A stretch of 64,000 bases of DNA from Candidatus Binatus soli (GTDB taxonomy: Bacteria; Desulfobacterota; Binatia; Binatales; Binataceae). The translations under genes and the position numbers were made by a program. A model generated the notes under the pieces. That model saw nothing but the letters and a program-made list of their open reading frames with translations. It made no database searches and was not told where the DNA came from. The DNA is taken from positions 8,664 to 72,663 of the forward strand of contig DLMJ01000005.1 in assembly GCA_002479255.1 (NCBI GenBank), written 5' to 3'. Positions 59,922-64,000 of this stretch are shown here, in pieces; position 1 is the first letter of the stretch; each line of letters starts with the position of its first letter.

Positions 59922-61022
59922 ATGAAATTTGACCTCGACGCCGTGCTTGTCGAGCACGGATGCGCCGGCTCTGCGCTGGCGACTCGCATCCTGCGCGCGC
60001 TCCCGCGCCATGTGCCCGTCACGCATGTCGCCGACAACGAAACGCGCGAGGCGACCAGGCCCGCATCCGGCGCGCGCGATCCGTTCGGGGCAGGCAAACG
60101 CCGGATGGTGATCGCGCGGCGCAAGACTCCGTTCCTGATGCCGTGTCACGCAGGCTCCTCCAGGTTCGCCTGCTGCGGATACCTCGTGCTCACGCTCGCA
60201 TCGAACTGCCCGATGGATTGCTCGTACTGCTTTCTGCAGGAATATCTGGCTGACAATCCCGCCTTCCAGGTATATGCGAATTTCACCGATTCATTCGACG
60301 AGCTCGACCGGCTCATCGACAACGCTCGCGGGCGCAGCTTCCGCGTCGGCACCGCTGAGCTGGCGGATTCGCTCGCGTTCGACTCGATTACCTCGATCAG
60401 CCGCGACCTGATCGATTTTTTTGCCTCGCGCGAGAATCTGACGCTCGAGCTCAAGACCAAAACCGACGAAATTGAAAATCTTCTTGGCCGGGACCCGCGC
60501 GGCCGCGTGCTCGTCTCGTGGACCTTGTCGCCGGCCGCCGTCTATCGAAGCTCGGAGCATCTCACCGCCTCGCCCACGGCGCGAATCGCGGCGGCGCGCG
60601 CCGTCCTCGACGCCGGCTACCGCGTGGCGTTCCATCTCGATCCGTTGATCGCATATCCCGGCGCCGAGCGCGATTACCTGCTGCTGATCGACGAGTTGCT
60701 GGACACTATCGCGCCCAAACAAATCTCGTTCATCAGCATGGGCGGTCTGCGGATGACGCCGCGGTTGCGCGGCGCCGCGCGCAGCCGTTTCCCCGGCGAT
60801 CCGATGCTATGCGGCGAGGACGTGCTCGCCGCTGACGGACGGTTTCGGACATTCACCCCGCTGCGCCTCAACCTCTACCGCACGCTTGCCGATCGCTTCC
60901 GAAAAGCGGGCGCGGAAATCCCCGCCTATCTGTGCATGGAAGCGGCCAGCGTCCATGAAAGCGTCTTTGGCGCGGCGCCCTCACGGCCGGCTATAATCGG
61001 CAACCGCCTCGCGCGCGACTGA
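59922..61022 (+). CDS. Spore photoproduct lyase-like radical SAM protein
   Basis: CPMDCSYCFLQ, ELADSL, LELKTK, SWTLSP, FHLDPLI, YLCME. Confidence 0.87.
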   Translation: MKFDLDAVLVEHGCAGSALATRILRALPRHVPVTHVADNETREATRPASGARDPFGAGKRRMVIARRKTPFLMPCHAGSSRFACCGYLVLTLASNCPMDCSYCFLQEYLADNPAFQVYANFTDSFDELDRLIDNARGRSFRVGTAELADSLAFDSITSISRDLIDFFASRENLTLELKTKTDEIENLLGRDPRGRVLVSWTLSPAAVYRSSEHLTASPTARIAAARAVLDAGYRVAFHLDPLIAYPGAERDYLLLIDELLDTIAPKQISFISMGGLRMTPRLRGAARSRFPGDPMLCGEDVLAADGRFRTFTPLRLNLYRTLADRFRKAGAEIPAYLCMEAASVHESVFGAAPSRPAIIGNRLARD

Positions 61023-61054
61023 GCACGGGCCGCACACCCGCGGATTCAAAAATA

Positions 61055-61927
61055 ATGCCGACCCGTAAAAAATCTGCAACCCGGCCAAATTCGATCGCGC
61101 CTTCCAACGGACTTCTTCGCGGCTCGCGCGCGGCGATCGATCGGCCCATCGGCGTGTTCGATTCGGGAATCGGCGGACTCACCGTCCTGAAAGCGCTGAC
61201 CGCGGCTCTGCCCAATGAAGATTTCATCTACCTCGGCGACACTGCCCGGCTTCCCTACGGCACGAAATCCAACGAAGTCATCGTCCGCTACTCGAAGGAG
61301 AACACCGGCTTCCTGCTCGCCAAGGGAATCAAGATGCTGGTGGTCGCCTGCAACACGTCCAGCGCGGTCGCGCTCGACGCAATCGCGTCGGACACGATGA
61401 TCCCCGTGATCGGCGTGATCGAGCCGGGCGTGCGCGCCGCCGTCAAGGCTTCGCGCAACGGCAGAATAGGCGTGATCGGCACCGAAGCAACGATCGCGTC
61501 CGGCGCTTACACGCGCGCGATCCAGCGGCTAAGCCCGCGCTCCGAAATCTACACGCGCGCGTGCCCGCTGCTGGTGCCGCTGGCCGAGGAAGGATGGACC
61601 GACAATGCGGTCGCGGAATTGACCGTCGCCCACTACCTCGAGAGTCTCAAACAGAGCGGCATCGACACGCTGCTGCTGGGATGCACCCATTACCCGCTGC
61701 TGCGCGATATGTTCGCGCGAATTCTTGGGCCCCGCGTGAAGATCGTGGACTCCGCGACTGCGACCGCGGCCGACGTGCGCGACCGGCTGCGGATTCTCAA
61801 GCTCGCCCGGCGCACCGGCAAAGGGATTCAGAGTTTCTTCGTGACCGAGACCCCCGATCGTTTCGTCCGCGTCGGTCGCAGATTTCTCGGCCCGCAGGTC
61901 GAATCCGCCGTCCGAATCGAGCGCTAG
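61055..61927 (+). CDS. murI: Glutamate racemase
   Basis: IGVFDSGIGGLTV, GDTARLPYGTKS, VACNT, LGCTHYP. Confidence 0.96.
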   Translation: MPTRKKSATRPNSIAPSNGLLRGSRAAIDRPIGVFDSGIGGLTVLKALTAALPNEDFIYLGDTARLPYGTKSNEVIVRYSKENTGFLLAKGIKMLVVACNTSSAVALDAIASDTMIPVIGVIEPGVRAAVKASRNGRIGVIGTEATIASGAYTRAIQRLSPRSEIYTRACPLLVPLAEEGWTDNAVAELTVAHYLESLKQSGIDTLLLGCTHYPLLRDMFARILGPRVKIVDSATATAADVRDRLRILKLARRTGKGIQSFFVTETPDRFVRVGRRFLGPQVESAVRIER

Positions 61928-62117
61928 TCCGCTCTCCTTACCCTGGTGCAGGGAATGACCCCCTGCCTACCGACCCGATTTCGGGATAAGATGATTTCCA
62001 GCTAAACTTGCGGAGTTGTTTCACTCTTTCACTGTGCCACCGGTCAGACCGCATCGCTCTGGCTCGTCGAGAACCTGATCTCAAAAAAACACTTGCCGCG
62101 AAAATCGCTCATATAAG

Positions 62118-64000
<1,883 letters not shown>

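Overview
GC-rich bacterial chromosomal window. Gene content and paralog families suggest a Candidatus Binatota/deltaproteobacteria-like organism (inference only). Left to right: an alternative complex III operon (actA-B-C-D-F, no actE) running into caa3-type cytochrome c oxidase (coxB, partial coxA); dapL-folK-transaldolase; a secreted S53 sedolisin with a Thr/Pro repeat stalk; ispG; a CoA-transferase; a HExxH protein plus coupled orphan; anSME radical SAM; a thiolase-fold/DUF35/PHP/MaoC catabolic cluster; gltA; dedA and an alpha-glucosidase; a 1.4 kb island with two GNAT genes; glnA, a DUF1646 gene and a porin; two MFS transporters, cysQ, pgpA and cinA; a sigma54-driven kinase/NtrC-type regulator/pspA operon; a pyrF C-terminal remnant; a decayed defence island; engB fused to an unknown domain; GT2-unknown-SplB-like-murI; and partial secA. 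No tRNA, rRNA or CRISPR array was seen. The most notable unexplained signals are: (1) three copies of a ~30 bp end motif (AAACTG[A/G]GACA[C/G]TACC core) delimiting the GNAT genes like cassettes, with an 11 bp duplication CTACCATCCGT at the outer junctions; (2) an identical ATCGTTCAAT-N10-GTATG motif upstream of glnA and of the porin; (3) a helicase/DUF1156 defence relic whose internal cargo genes survive; (4) the two-component Psp-like operon. All family assignments come from motif recognition by eye, not database searches.
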